Shown: positions 1 to 10,489 of the stretch, piece by piece
Layout of the letters: each line of letters opens with the position of its first letter
How positions within the stretch are numbered: the stretch's first letter is position 1
DNA from: Bacteroidales bacterium
GTDB lineage: Bacteria > Bacteroidota > Bacteroidia > Bacteroidales > UBA12077
Direction of reading: 5' to 3'
Length of the DNA: 64,000 bases
NCBI GenBank assembly: GCA_028282585.1
Contig: JANQHR010000080.1
Span: 1 to 64,000 of the forward strand
The notes under the pieces: model-generated
Told to the model about the DNA's origin: nothing
What the model saw: only the letters and a program-made list of their open reading frames with translations
Database searches by the model: none
Made by a program: the position numbers and the translations under genes

Positions 1-1
1 T

Positions 2-1375
2 GCAGCATTTCAAACCTACACCTATTCTGCAACTTCACCTGCCAATGCGGTTAAAGCTTTTGTTATTGTAAGAATGTATGATGTCTCAGATAACTGGACT
101 ACTTCCGGAACATTTAATTTAGATAATGCTTCCTTTACACAAGGTGGAGAAAATCTAATATTAAATCCTAGTTTTGAAAAATGGACAGAAGAACAACCAA
201 GTGATGAAAAAGATATACTTTCGTTTAAATTTGCAGCACTTAATCCCGTGGTAAATGCTATTTTAGACTACACAGCTCATACCGTATCTTTGGAGGTACC
301 TTATGAAACAGATGTAACCTCGTTAGTTCCAACCATTGAAATCTCAGAAGGAGCATCTATTTCTCCTGAAAGTGGTATAGCACAAGATTTTACATCTGCA
401 GTAACTTATACGGTTACAGCAGAAGATGAAAGTACTCAAGACTGGGTTGTTACTGTTAATAAAGCAGCTGAAGGTCAAACTGTACTATTTTTCGAGGATT
501 TTGAAGATATTAACTTAATTCCTGACGATTGGACCATTATAAATAATGATGGTTATACTCAGGCAGAAGGCGAAGAAAGATGGCAAGACAGTGCCTGGGT
601 GGTTACAACAACAAGCCGCGATGAATTTGTGGGAACTAAATTAGCAATGGCTTCATCTTATACCTCAGATATGCCAGAAACTGGAAAAGCTGATGACTGG
701 ATGATTTTACCTACCATTACAATTGGTGATAATTCTACGTTAAGCTGGCAAGCTATGTCTACAACTTCTTCAGGTAACTACCCTGATGACTATATGGTTC
801 TTATTGCATCTCCAATTAGTGGAGCTGATCCAACTATCTCTTATTTCGAAAGTGATGGAAATATTTTATTGGAAGTAGAACCCGAAAGCTGGTCGGAAAG
901 TGTAAGTAATCCGGGTGAAGGGAAAAAGGATCGTTCTGTAAATCTAAAAGATGCAGGTTGGACGGATCAAGATGTATGGATTGCGTTTGTATTAACAACG
1001 GACCTTTATACTAATCCAACAACCGGAGAACCAAATGCAAATGCAGGAGGTTCTAACTTAGCAATTGATAACATTAAGGTTGTAAATGATGTTAGTACTG
1101 GTTTTAATCGATTAGACAAAGAAACCTTCGATGCGAGATTATTCCCTAATCCAACAGACGGAGATTTCAGAATTGTATTCAACTCTGAAATTAATTCTAC
1201 TGCTCAAATTGAAATATTCGATATTACGGGTAGAGTTGTATTTGATACCAGTAAGGAAGTTAAAGTTGGCCAAAATGAATTTGAATTTAATGTATCAAAT
1301 TTCAATAACGGGATTTACTTGATCTCAACTAATATTAATAATAAAGTAAATGTAAGTAAGCTTATTGTAAAATAA
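2..1375 (+). CDS. T9SS-secreted protein (Ig-like DUF5018-type domain, cleaved-adhesin/choice-of-anchor J-like domain, T9SS C-terminal domain); 5'-truncated by the window edge
   Basis: Frame is open from base 2 (AAFQTYTYS...) into the 74..1375 ORF; motifs YTVTAEDESTQDWVVTV, FFEDFE...ADDWMILP and C-terminal LFPNPT...IFDITGR...GIYLI...KLIVK. Confidence 0.8.
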   Translation, partial: AAFQTYTYSATSPANAVKAFVIVRMYDVSDNWTTSGTFNLDNASFTQGGENLILNPSFEKWTEEQPSDEKDILSFKFAALNPVVNAILDYTAHTVSLEVPYETDVTSLVPTIEISEGASISPESGIAQDFTSAVTYTVTAEDESTQDWVVTVNKAAEGQTVLFFEDFEDINLIPDDWTIINNDGYTQAEGEERWQDSAWVVTTTSRDEFVGTKLAMASSYTSDMPETGKADDWMILPTITIGDNSTLSWQAMSTTSSGNYPDDYMVLIASPISGADPTISYFESDGNILLEVEPESWSESVSNPGEGKKDRSVNLKDAGWTDQDVWIAFVLTTDLYTNPTTGEPNANAGGSNLAIDNIKVVNDVSTGFNRLDKETFDARLFPNPTDGDFRIVFNSEINSTAQIEIFDITGRVVFDTSKEVKVGQNEFEFNVSNFNNGIYLISTNINNKVNVSKLIVK

Positions 1376-1400
1376 GATATATCTCAATTCACATAATCAG

Positions 1401-1431
1401 GAGCCTGTTCATAGAGCAGGCTCTTTTGTTT
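1401..1431 (+). terminator. Intrinsic terminator
   Basis: GAGCCTGTTC-ATA-GAGCAGGCTC hairpin followed by TTTTGTTT. Confidence 0.8.
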
Positions 1432-1591
1432 ATATAAGAAGTTAAGAAAAATTTTCATAAAACTTACTCTTCATTTTCCTGTAATGGTTATAAGGTTCTA
1501 TTAGCAAATAAATTAACATCTAATTTCTACTTATTAATTCAATTAACAACTTTATTGTATAGAGGTTTTGCATTGTTATTATAATAAGAAA

Positions 1592-1775
1592 AAGGACTTG
1601 TCTAAAAAGTCTTGGTGTTCTTTGTACCTACTTTGTGAAACTCTGCCTGTCGGCAGACAGATTTGTGGTATAATTATAAAAAGCTGTTAAACAGATAGTC
1701 ACAAAGACGACACAACGTTACTCAAAGTAGAAAATACAAGCAAAATTCAGCTATTGTACTTTTGGGAAACTCCTT
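1592..1775. repeat. MITE/REP-like palindromic element, copy 1
   Basis: Imperfect terminal inverted repeats AAGGACTTGTCTAAAAAGT / ACTTTTGGGAAACTCCTT; internal CTTTGTG/CACAAAG repeats; CCTGTCGGCAGACAG REP-like insert; core shared with 7901-7927. Confidence 0.55.
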
Positions 1776-1799
1776 ACCAATATTTTATAAATTAAAGTT

Positions 1800-3197
1800 T
1801 TAATTGTAGCTAAACATTAAAACTGGTGGAATTAATAATAATAATACACTTATTACAAATATTATGATTAAAGGATACAACCATTTCACCCATTTATTGT
1901 AAGGGATTTTGGCAATAGATAAAACTCCCATTGTTACACCGCTTGTTGGAATAATCATATTAAAAATACCATCTCCCATTTGAAAACATAATACAGCTGT
2001 TTGTCTTGTTATTCCCATTAAATCGCTTAATGGAGCCATAATTGGCATGGTTAATGCCGCTTGTCCCGATCCGGAAGGTACAAAGAAGTTTAATATACCT
2101 TGAAATAAAAACATAAACTGAACAGATATCACCTTATTTAATCCATCTGTTGCAGAAACCAGATAATTTAACATGGTTCCAATTATTTTGCCATCTGTTG
2201 CAATTACCAATAGACCTTTAGCTAAGCCTATTACAATACCAGCCATAACCATATCTTTAGCCCCTTTAATAAATGCTTTTACTGTTTCGTTTGCAGATAA
2301 ACGAAAAACTATTGCACTCATAATACCTAATGCAATAAATAAGGCTGATATTTCATTAATATACCAACTCCATTTGTTAGAGCCAATAACTATAACTAAG
2401 AGCGAAACTAAAAGTAATATTAAGATTAACTTGCGTTTGAAATTAAAGCTTAAATCAATATCTCCGTTTTCGTTAAATTCATTCTTGCTTCTGGCTTGAT
2501 CAATTTGGTAAACCGGACTTTTGGTAGGATATTTTTCAATTTTTCTAGCATACATTAAAACAAAAACAATCGCTATTAAGGTTAAAACAAACCAAATTAG
2601 TAATCGGTACTCCCAACCACTAAACAATGGGATTTCGGCAATTCCCTGGGCAATTCCTATGGTAAAAGGATTAGTTAACGCTCCTGCAAAACCAACGCCT
2701 GCTGCCAAAAATGAAATTGAAATACCAATTATAGAATCGTAACCCAATGCCAAAGCTAATGGAATGGTAATCATTATAAATACCAATACCGACTCACTCA
2801 TTCCAAAGGTTGCTCCGCAAACCGAAAAACATATCATCATTAAAACCAGAATCCATTTTTTAGAATTTTGATGTTTTTTACTGTACTTTATAACATTGTT
2901 TAAGCCTGCATCTATAGCTCCTGTTTTATTCAATATTCCAAAGGCACCACCTACCAGAAAACAAAATCCTATTATTTGGGCGGCACTCATAAATCCTTTA
3001 ATGGGTGCTGTTAAAAGTGCAAATAAACCTTGCGGATTCGATTCAACCTTATGATAACTTCCGGGAACAACTATTTCTCGTCCATTATACTGATTATATT
3101 CATATTCACCTGCTGGTATTAACCAGGTCAAAATTATAAAAATGATCATGATTGCCATAATGATCGTTATAGCATCAGGAAATTTTCTTTTTGTCAT
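1800..3197 (-). CDS. yfcC: YfcC-family (DcuC/basic amino acid antiporter-like) membrane transporter
   Basis: LTWLIPAGEY, NPFTIGIAQGIAE and FFVPSGSGQAALTMPIMAPL motifs; polytopic hydrophobic protein. Confidence 0.85.
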   Translation of the reverse strand: MTKRKFPDAITIIMAIMIIFIILTWLIPAGEYEYNQYNGREIVVPGSYHKVESNPQGLFALLTAPIKGFMSAAQIIGFCFLVGGAFGILNKTGAIDAGLNNVIKYSKKHQNSKKWILVLMMICFSVCGATFGMSESVLVFIMITIPLALALGYDSIIGISISFLAAGVGFAGALTNPFTIGIAQGIAEIPLFSGWEYRLLIWFVLTLIAIVFVLMYARKIEKYPTKSPVYQIDQARSKNEFNENGDIDLSFNFKRKLILILLLVSLLVIVIGSNKWSWYINEISALFIALGIMSAIVFRLSANETVKAFIKGAKDMVMAGIVIGLAKGLLVIATDGKIIGTMLNYLVSATDGLNKVISVQFMFLFQGILNFFVPSGSGQAALTMPIMAPLSDLMGITRQTAVLCFQMGDGIFNMIIPTSGVTMGVLSIAKIPYNKWVKWLYPLIIIFVISVLLLLIPPVLMFSYN

Positions 3198-3203
3198 ATT
3201 AGA

Positions 3204-5198
3204 TTATTTTATGATAATTTTTTGAACATCTATTTCATCATCCCAATTTCGCACTTCGACCATATAAACTCCTTCGGTAAGATTTAATCTATTAATATCA
3301 ATTTCTGCTTCATTATACAGGTAGTTTGCTCTAAATTTAAGTGTACCAATAATATTGTAAATACAAACCAGTTGAATATCTTTTTGTGACTTTATAAATA
3401 GTTTATCTTTAACAGGATTTGGATAAATTCTGGTATATACTTTTGCCGGATATTCTTGAACAGAAGTAACCGTTGACTCATAATCTCCCAAAAAGTATTC
3501 CTCCTGATCTTTTAGAAAGGAAAGATACATGTGATCATACCCCCCTTTCTTATCTGGAGATCCTGAACCACTATATGTTTGGCTTACCAATTCTCCTTTA
3601 GAATTATTCTGAGTTAATATCATAACCGGAGAATTTCCTCTTACTGTTATCTTAGCTTTATCTTGTTCGCCTTGATAAACAATATAGTTTTCTACATTGA
3701 GCCATATACCATGAAGTAATTGTTCGTTAACCAATGCATAGGGAATAGCCGAATTCGTTCCATTCCATAAATCAGTTATATCATTTCCGCGTTCAAATGT
3801 TTTGGGTATAATTGCTGTATTTTTTATTAAATTCATACCTTCTGATATACTCGCGTTGGCATCCGAACTTAAATAATTTCCAATGATTTTTGCACCACAA
3901 AAACGTGCATTATCTCCGATAAAACCTAAGACCAGTTTTCTATTTTTCAATGCACTTTTTAAAGAGTCAGCTGCAACACCGCTTGTATTTAAAAATAATG
4001 AAGTAAAATCGTAGGTATTGTTAGCTAAAAAAAGAAATTTTCGTGAAGAAGATATAGCATTAGCTAATTCCTGATCGTTGTGAGTGCTAAAATCTGCCCT
4101 GTAAATATTTACCTCACTTGCATTAAGATCTTGTAATTTGTCCTTAAAACTATTTGCTTGAGTTAAATCTGACCCTGTAAAAATAATGATGCGTTCATTG
4201 CTGTTATAATCATTTACAAACTCTTCTAACAAATCTACATTGGCATAACCCAATAGCTCAATACCACTTGCATATATTTTATGAGGTGAATCCTGTTTTA
4301 TATTTTCCGGAGCAGTAGAATTCGTATATCCGCTTACTTGAAAGGTATTTAAATCAATAGACTTTCCATGAATTAAACTCGTAACTTTTAATGAATCAAT
4401 ACTTACCTCAGGTCCTGAATAAAACTCTTTACCCTCCGGAATTCTAAAAATATTTACTGTTCCTGCACCATATGCAGTTGCATTTCCATCCGGTTCTATT
4501 GCCAATGCTGTTATTTCATCTACACCTATTCCAACCAAATCTTCTCCTTGGTTATTTTTCCAATTAGCCATAAATGCAATCAATCTGCCCATTCGACCTC
4601 TTTCGGTAAAATGTGAATCAAATATAAATCCTGGCATCACTTCTAAAAAATCATTTCTTAGTGTGATAGAGACATCGTTGAAATCTTTAATAACCACATC
4701 AGAATAAGCTGAATTATTTTCAGCATTATAGGTAACACCAGAAAGTATAGCCAAACCTGCTGATGTACCACATAATACTCCTCCTTCATCGAATTTCCGG
4801 TGAATAGCGTCTTCCATTAAAGTTCCCTTCCAATCAGAATAATAATAGTATTGATCTCCACCTCTGAAATAAAACACATCGTATTCGCTAATTTCGTTGA
4901 TCAATGCGGCATTGTTTGCATCAGAAGTAGTAACAGCAAAGCTTTTTACATCGCTTGCCCCGCAATAATTGACAAAGTAATTTTCAAAACTACTACTGGA
5001 AGTTGTTGAATAGTGCAGTAGGGCCACTTTTTTATTCGAACTTTGATCAACTGCCCAATTAAAGGCTTCGTAATTCCACGATGTTGTTGAAGTAATATTT
5101 TCGCTTCCTCCTCCTATAATAAGCAATTTTCCATTCTGAGCTTGTAAACTTAAAAAAGAGATGAGTATAATTAGTAAAGTATTGTAAACGTATTTCAT
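3204..5198 (-). CDS. Secreted cyanophycinase (peptidase S51) with a second degenerate S51-like domain and a T9SS C-terminal domain
   Basis: Signal peptide; LLIIGGG, RGGDQ, GTSAG (Ser), FDSHFTERGRMGRL (His), GIGVDE (Glu); C-terminal IYPNP...GVYMV...KIIIK. Confidence 0.8.
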   Translation of the reverse strand: MKYVYNTLLIILISFLSLQAQNGKLLIIGGGSENITSTTSWNYEAFNWAVDQSSNKKVALLHYSTTSSSSFENYFVNYCGASDVKSFAVTTSDANNAALINEISEYDVFYFRGGDQYYYYSDWKGTLMEDAIHRKFDEGGVLCGTSAGLAILSGVTYNAENNSAYSDVVIKDFNDVSITLRNDFLEVMPGFIFDSHFTERGRMGRLIAFMANWKNNQGEDLVGIGVDEITALAIEPDGNATAYGAGTVNIFRIPEGKEFYSGPEVSIDSLKVTSLIHGKSIDLNTFQVSGYTNSTAPENIKQDSPHKIYASGIELLGYANVDLLEEFVNDYNSNERIIIFTGSDLTQANSFKDKLQDLNASEVNIYRADFSTHNDQELANAISSSRKFLFLANNTYDFTSLFLNTSGVAADSLKSALKNRKLVLGFIGDNARFCGAKIIGNYLSSDANASISEGMNLIKNTAIIPKTFERGNDITDLWNGTNSAIPYALVNEQLLHGIWLNVENYIVYQGEQDKAKITVRGNSPVMILTQNNSKGELVSQTYSGSGSPDKKGGYDHMYLSFLKDQEEYFLGDYESTVTSVQEYPAKVYTRIYPNPVKDKLFIKSQKDIQLVCIYNIIGTLKFRANYLYNEAEIDINRLNLTEGVYMVEVRNWDDEIDVQKIIIK

Positions 5199-5283
5199 TC
5201 TATAGCTTTTCTTAATTATACGCTTAAAAGCTTTTCATCCCTTATTAAGAATTCAATCTTTTTTCTGAGTATTGAATAAATCC

Positions 5284-6045
5284 TTAAACCTCAAAATGAA
5301 GTCCGTCATATGCCAAAGAAATACCACGGGGTAGTTCTTCATTCACATCATGGTGCAGTCCCATTTGATGGCTAATATGAGTAATATAAGCACGTTTGGG
5401 GCTTAGCTCTTTTATAAGCCCTAAGGATTCATCAAGGGAATAATGCGAAATGTGTTTTCTTTTTCGAAGTGCGTTAATCACAAGATATTTTATTCCGTGG
5501 AGTTTTTCCTTCTCTTCTTCAGAAATATAGTTTGCATCTGTAATGTATGCAAAATCGCCAATACGAAATCCAAATACGGGTAATTTGTAATGATAAACCT
5601 GAATTGGTATTATTTTTACACCTTTTATAATTATGGGCTCGTTTGTTAGACTTTTTAAATTGATTTGAGGTACTCCCGGATACTTATTTTGTTCGAATGA
5701 GTAAAAAAACTCTGCTTTTATTACATCCTGAACTCTTTTCTCTGCGTAAATATCAATAGGCTTTTGATTCATAAAGTTGAAAGCTCTTACATCATCTAAT
5801 CCAGCAATGTGATCCCGGTGTTCATGTGTAATAAGTATTGCATCAATATCGGAAACTTTCTCACGAAGCATTTGCTGGCGAAAATCAGGACCGGCATCTA
5901 TCACAATATTAACACCATCAACCTCGACTAAAACTGCTGTGCGCAATCGTTTATCATTGGGATCTGTTGATTGGCATACTTTACAATTACATGCTATTAC
6001 CGGGACTCCTTGAGATGTTCCGGTTCCAAGTATTTTTACTTTCAC
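5284..6045 (-). CDS. MBL-fold metallo-hydrolase (PhnP/YycJ-like phosphodiesterase)
   Basis: LGTGTSQGVP, CxCxxC, THEHRDH motifs; GTG start. Confidence 0.85.
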   Translation of the reverse strand: MKVKILGTGTSQGVPVIACNCKVCQSTDPNDKRLRTAVLVEVDGVNIVIDAGPDFRQQMLREKVSDIDAILITHEHRDHIAGLDDVRAFNFMNQKPIDIYAEKRVQDVIKAEFFYSFEQNKYPGVPQINLKSLTNEPIIIKGVKIIPIQVYHYKLPVFGFRIGDFAYITDANYISEEEKEKLHGIKYLVINALRKRKHISHYSLDESLGLIKELSPKRAYITHISHQMGLHHDVNEELPRGISLAYDGLHFEV

Positions 6046-6245
6046 GATTTCAAACTTTGTATAATTTCATTGAATTATCTTCAACTCAATATTAATCTAT
6101 ATAATTATTGTAAGTGGAATATTGGAAATTTGGATTATAAGATGGCTTCTTAATTATACTATTATGTTGCTTACACTAAAAACTCCTCGCCCACACATCA
6201 ATCCATTTATCCATTTATTCCTTGCTCCATTCGTTCATGGTAATA

Positions 6246-7175
6246 TTAATTCTTACTTGTTCTACTTTCGGTAATATCTAAACGAATGGATAGAAATAAC
6301 AAATATAATAAAACTATTACTGCCAGAATAGCTGAAGGAATAGCAGCTTCTTTACCGAATAAGGTCATAGCCGTAACAACAGAAAAACCAGAGCTTTTAA
6401 TTGTAAGTAACAGAACCTGTGTTATACTTCGTTCATATTTTATACCGGTTTTTTTAGAAAAAAGCTCATATAAACTACCTATTCCAAATGTTCCTGTTAA
6501 AAGAACTACCGATGCCAAAATCAATATTTTAGGATCTGAAAAAAATACATCGCGATTCATTCCCACCGCAGTAAAAATAATTATGGCAAATCCCCAATCT
6601 ACCACCTTGCCCCTAACTTTAGCAACGTATTTAAAAACAGGTTTGTATAATAAAAATCTTGAAGCTACGAGTGGAATTAGTACCAATTTTATCATTAAAA
6701 TAAACAATGACCAGGCGCTTATACTGGCACCACTAGCAAATATTTCTACTAATATAGGTGCAATAATTATTGAAGCTAAAAAGGCTCCAAAAACACCCAA
6801 AATGGAATATTCGATATCTCCTTTTAATATACCTGCAAATGGAATAACTGCTACTCCTGGCGGAGCTGCAACTATAACGACCATACCCAGAAATAGGTCC
6901 TTTGTTGGCATTAAAAACCATGCTAAAACAAGTACTACAAATCCAAAGACAAAGTAGTTTAAAAAGGAACCAATCAACATAGGTTTAAATAGTTTTTTAA
7001 CGGGAAGCAATGCTTTCGAATCAATACCCGTAGTTGAAAAAATCATGGTAATTGCCAATATATAAATAGTATACTCTTTTAAGTGCAATGCATAATCACC
7101 TATAGTCATACCTAAAACAACCGCTAATACCAGGATAAAATTTCTATTTAGAATAAGTTTAAGAATAAGATTCAT
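6246..7175 (-). CDS. Bile acid:sodium symporter (BASS/Acr3)-family transporter
   Basis: About 9-10 hydrophobic segments, AAPPG motif; ATG at 7175 preferred over TTG at 7199. Confidence 0.7.
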   Translation of the reverse strand: MNLILKLILNRNFILVLAVVLGMTIGDYALHLKEYTIYILAITMIFSTTGIDSKALLPVKKLFKPMLIGSFLNYFVFGFVVLVLAWFLMPTKDLFLGMVVIVAAPPGVAVIPFAGILKGDIEYSILGVFGAFLASIIIAPILVEIFASGASISAWSLFILMIKLVLIPLVASRFLLYKPVFKYVAKVRGKVVDWGFAIIIFTAVGMNRDVFFSDPKILILASVVLLTGTFGIGSLYELFSKKTGIKYERSITQVLLLTIKSSGFSVVTAMTLFGKEAAIPSAILAVIVLLYLLFLSIRLDITESRTSKN

Positions 7176-7400
7176 GTAGTCTGATTGAAATTTTAACAAA
7201 TATAAAAGCTTATACCGAATTAAAATAATTCAGCATAAGCTTTGACATAAGACAAACAAACTCACACATTGTTGTAAATGAACGCTTAAAAATACACTTG
7301 AAATTAGGTTTTGTATTTTATAAATTTGATTACTAACTAAATAAATTGGGGAACTATGAATTACTATTTAATCGCAAATACAATCAAAAAACTAAATGGT

Positions 7401-7835
7401 ATGAGTAAAAAATTAATTCAATTATTCGGACTATTTCTTTTTACAATTCTTTTATTAAGTACATGTAAAAATGCATCTGAAAGTAAAGAAATGAAAGTTG
7501 ATCTTTCAACTCAAGAAAATTATGAAAAATTCTTAGCTGATTGGGAAATAAGCATTCCTGAAGATGCTGTATTGAAGGAAGTTAAAAAAACTAATGATGG
7601 TAACTATAAGATTATTTACAATCTTGAATATTTTGAAAACATGCAGGATTCATTACAAATGAAATATGAGAGTATGTTTGATGAATCTCTTTTAGTTAAA
7701 GGATGGACCAAACCTAAGAAAGGATGGGATCCACACGGAACGTTATATGAAAAAGAAAAGGAATATTTTAAGTTCTTTATAACTGTTTCGGAAAAGCACG
7801 AAATTTATGAATTAGCATTTAAGTTTGGTCAATAA
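7401..7835 (+). CDS. Hypothetical lipoprotein
   Basis: MSKK-hydrophobic-LLSTC lipobox-like N-terminus; TAAATTTG -7 promoter at 7321-7328. Confidence 0.65.
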   Translation: MSKKLIQLFGLFLFTILLLSTCKNASESKEMKVDLSTQENYEKFLADWEISIPEDAVLKEVKKTNDGNYKIIYNLEYFENMQDSLQMKYESMFDESLLVKGWTKPKKGWDPHGTLYEKEKEYFKFFITVSEKHEIYELAFKFGQ

Positions 7836-7849
7836 TTTATTATAAATGT

Positions 7850-7969
7850 AAGAAAGAGAGTGTTCAAAAAGTTTTAGTACTCATTGTGTCTGCTTTCTGA
7901 TATAGTTATAAAAGACTGTTAAACAGAAAACCACGAAGAAGACTCAATTTTTTGAGCACCCTGTTTCTT
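7850..7969. repeat. MITE/REP-like palindromic element, copy 2
   Basis: 24-bp inverted repeats AAGAAAGAGAGTGTTCAAAAAGTT / AATTTTTTGAGCACCCTGTTTCTT (4 mismatches) between convergent genes. Confidence 0.6.
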
Positions 7970-7975
7970 TATTTT

Positions 7976-10330
7976 CTATTCATACCTTATGGCGTCTACC
8001 GGATTCATTCGAGCCGCTTTAATAGCTTGAAAAGAAATTGTAACCCATGCAATTAGCAATGAAATAACACTAGCTAAAATAAAGTATCCAAGATTTATTT
8101 CAGTTCTATAAGGATAATTTTCTAACCAATTATTCATTACCAAATAAGCAACCGGCCAAGAAATTAAGTTAGTAAATAACACCCACCTTATAATATCTTT
8201 ATTAAGCTTATTAACGATGCTTTTTACAGATGCACCAAATGTTTTACGAATCCCGATTTCTTTAAACTTTTTAGAAACAGTATAAGAAGTCAGTGCAAAT
8301 AACCCTAAAATTGATAAGACCAATGCAATACCCGAACCCCAGAATATCATGGTAAATAACCGTTCTTCAACTTTATATTTATTTGCAAACATATCTTCAA
8401 TAAAGAAGTAATTCCAGAAATAATCAGGGTCATACTTCATGATAACATCCTTAATGTAACTAAGCGTATTATGCTTATCTTCCGGATTAATTCTTATAGA
8501 AATACAATCAAACCATGTTGCATAATTAGATAAATATAGTGGCATTAACTCATATTTAGTAGCATAGTAATGATAATCTTTTGCCACACCAATAACTACA
8601 GATTCTCTGTTGGTCATTACCTTTAAACCTATCGGATCATCAACTTTTAGTGCTTTAGCTGCAGCTTCGTTAATAATTATTGATTTATTATCATCCAATT
8701 CGGGATCAAAAGAACGCCCTTGAATTATTTCAATTCCCATAGTTTCGGTGTAGTGATCCTGCACCCTATTTTCAGCGCATGCCAATTCTGTTTTTGGATC
8801 ATCAGTTAACTTTCTAATCGATTGCCCACTTCTTCCCCATCCCGGAATACTTTGTGATGCAGTTACATTCCTGATATGATGGTAAGAAATTAGCTCATTT
8901 CTAATGCTTTCATATGTTTTTTGAATCTTATCGGTGCATTCGCTAAGAACAATCAGGTTTTTCTCATCAAAACCCAAATCCTTTTTCTTTAAAAATTGTA
9001 TTTGTGCATTGAATATAAATATGAAAATCAACAACATGGTTGAAATAGAAAACTGAATAATTACTAAAAGGACTTTTAAAAAATTAGAGTTTGTTCCATT
9101 ATTAAAAACTCCTTTTATAACTTTTATGGGATTATAAGATGACATGATAAATGCCGGATAAACTCCTGATATTAAACCTATCACAACTGCTATTAGAAGG
9201 TAAACAATAAAAATTATCCAGTTACTTTGGCCAAAAAGTGAAAGGTTCAAATTTAACTTTCCGTTTACCAAATAAAGAAAATATTCTGCCACAACAAATC
9301 CAATTAATAGTGCTAAAACTGTAAGCAACACTGACTCAGTTAAAAATTGAACTCTTAATTTTGATCTAAATGCTCCAACTACCTTACGAATCCCTACCTC
9401 TTTATTTCGATACTCCGAATGTGATGTTAAGAGGTTTACGTAATTGACAATTGCAATTAAAAGGATAACAAATGCCAAAAATCCAAAAAGTATTAAAGTT
9501 TTAACGGATCCAATACTTCCTACTTCTTTGCCTAGATTACTATGTAGATAAATATCTTTAAACGCTTGAATGGGGCTGCTTACCGTTTCGGACCATGAAC
9601 CTACCTTTTCATATAATGCTACATTGGACACAGACCTGATTTTCTTTTCAACCTCAGGCGTAATCGGTTCCTGCAATTTAAAAAAAGTATAAACATCAAG
9701 CATTAACCAACCAATAACGTCCTTATTATAGAAGAAGTTATTGATGATGTCGAATTTTATCATTGTTTTTTCTGAATCATCCACTACCCAAGCAATTTCT
9801 AAGTCAAATCCTTCAAAATGAATCATTTTATGCATAGGATCTTCATTACCAAAAACTTTTTTAGCAAATGATTTTGAAATTGCTACTTGAGTTGGTGACT
9901 TCATAAAAGAATTGCGGTCGCCTTGAAGCAGCTTAAATGAGAAAACTTCTAACATTAATGAGTCTGCTAAAAGCATTTTGATCTCAGGATAAAAATCCTG
10001 TCCTATTTTAATCAAGGAGCTTCCATACCATCTAACAAATCGGGTAGCAGCCTCCACCTCCGGAACTTGTTCCATTAATGCCGGAGCAACCGTATAAACC
10101 GTGTTAGGCATTGAATCATTTAACGTTGTACTATGAACACCGGCTCCTATCCGGTATATTTTATCATTATCTTTAAATCCCTTATTTATGATTATTTCGT
10201 TATTAATGTATAGAAATGCCACTAAACTGCTTGCAATTCCAACAGCTAATCCTAAAATATTAATAACAGAATAAACCGGGCTCTTGATATTGTTTCGTAT
10301 AAATACTTTTAAATAATTTTTTATCATCAC
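7976..10330 (-). CDS. ABC transporter permease, MacB/FtsX family
   Basis: INILGLAVG and two KE(V/I)GIRK..GA motifs; ends NPVDAIRYE. Confidence 0.9.
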   Translation of the reverse strand: MMIKNYLKVFIRNNIKSPVYSVINILGLAVGIASSLVAFLYINNEIIINKGFKDNDKIYRIGAGVHSTTLNDSMPNTVYTVAPALMEQVPEVEAATRFVRWYGSSLIKIGQDFYPEIKMLLADSLMLEVFSFKLLQGDRNSFMKSPTQVAISKSFAKKVFGNEDPMHKMIHFEGFDLEIAWVVDDSEKTMIKFDIINNFFYNKDVIGWLMLDVYTFFKLQEPITPEVEKKIRSVSNVALYEKVGSWSETVSSPIQAFKDIYLHSNLGKEVGSIGSVKTLILFGFLAFVILLIAIVNYVNLLTSHSEYRNKEVGIRKVVGAFRSKLRVQFLTESVLLTVLALLIGFVVAEYFLYLVNGKLNLNLSLFGQSNWIIFIVYLLIAVVIGLISGVYPAFIMSSYNPIKVIKGVFNNGTNSNFLKVLLVIIQFSISTMLLIFIFIFNAQIQFLKKKDLGFDEKNLIVLSECTDKIQKTYESIRNELISYHHIRNVTASQSIPGWGRSGQSIRKLTDDPKTELACAENRVQDHYTETMGIEIIQGRSFDPELDDNKSIIINEAAAKALKVDDPIGLKVMTNRESVVIGVAKDYHYYATKYELMPLYLSNYATWFDCISIRINPEDKHNTLSYIKDVIMKYDPDYFWNYFFIEDMFANKYKVEERLFTMIFWGSGIALVLSILGLFALTSYTVSKKFKEIGIRKTFGASVKSIVNKLNKDIIRWVLFTNLISWPVAYLVMNNWLENYPYRTEINLGYFILASVISLLIAWVTISFQAIKAARMNPVDAIRYE

Positions 10331-10371
10331 AACGTAAATTTAATTTATTATTTTATTTTGTTAATACTTTC

Positions 10372-10386
10372 CCAAGCTATGTGCCA
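10372..10386 (-). promoter_or_regulatory. Putative sigma-54 (-24/-12) promoter of the ABC permease
   Basis: Minus strand reads TGGCACATAGCTTGG versus consensus TGGCAC-N5-TTGC; divergent from a sigma-54 activator gene. Confidence 0.65.
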
Positions 10387-10450
10387 CTCGAAATAACAAC
10401 CTGATTATCAAAGTATTTTTAATCAGGACATACGTTTCAACCATTATATG

Positions 10451-10489
10451 TGTTAAGATTCTTAACAGTTCCTGTTAAAAAACCGAACA
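10451..10489. promoter_or_regulatory. Tandem enhancer (UAS) sites for the NtrC-type activator
   Basis: TGTTAAGATTCTTAACA (10451-10467) and TGTTAAAAAACCGAACA (10473-10489), both TGT-N11-ACA, 22 bp apart. Confidence 0.6.
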
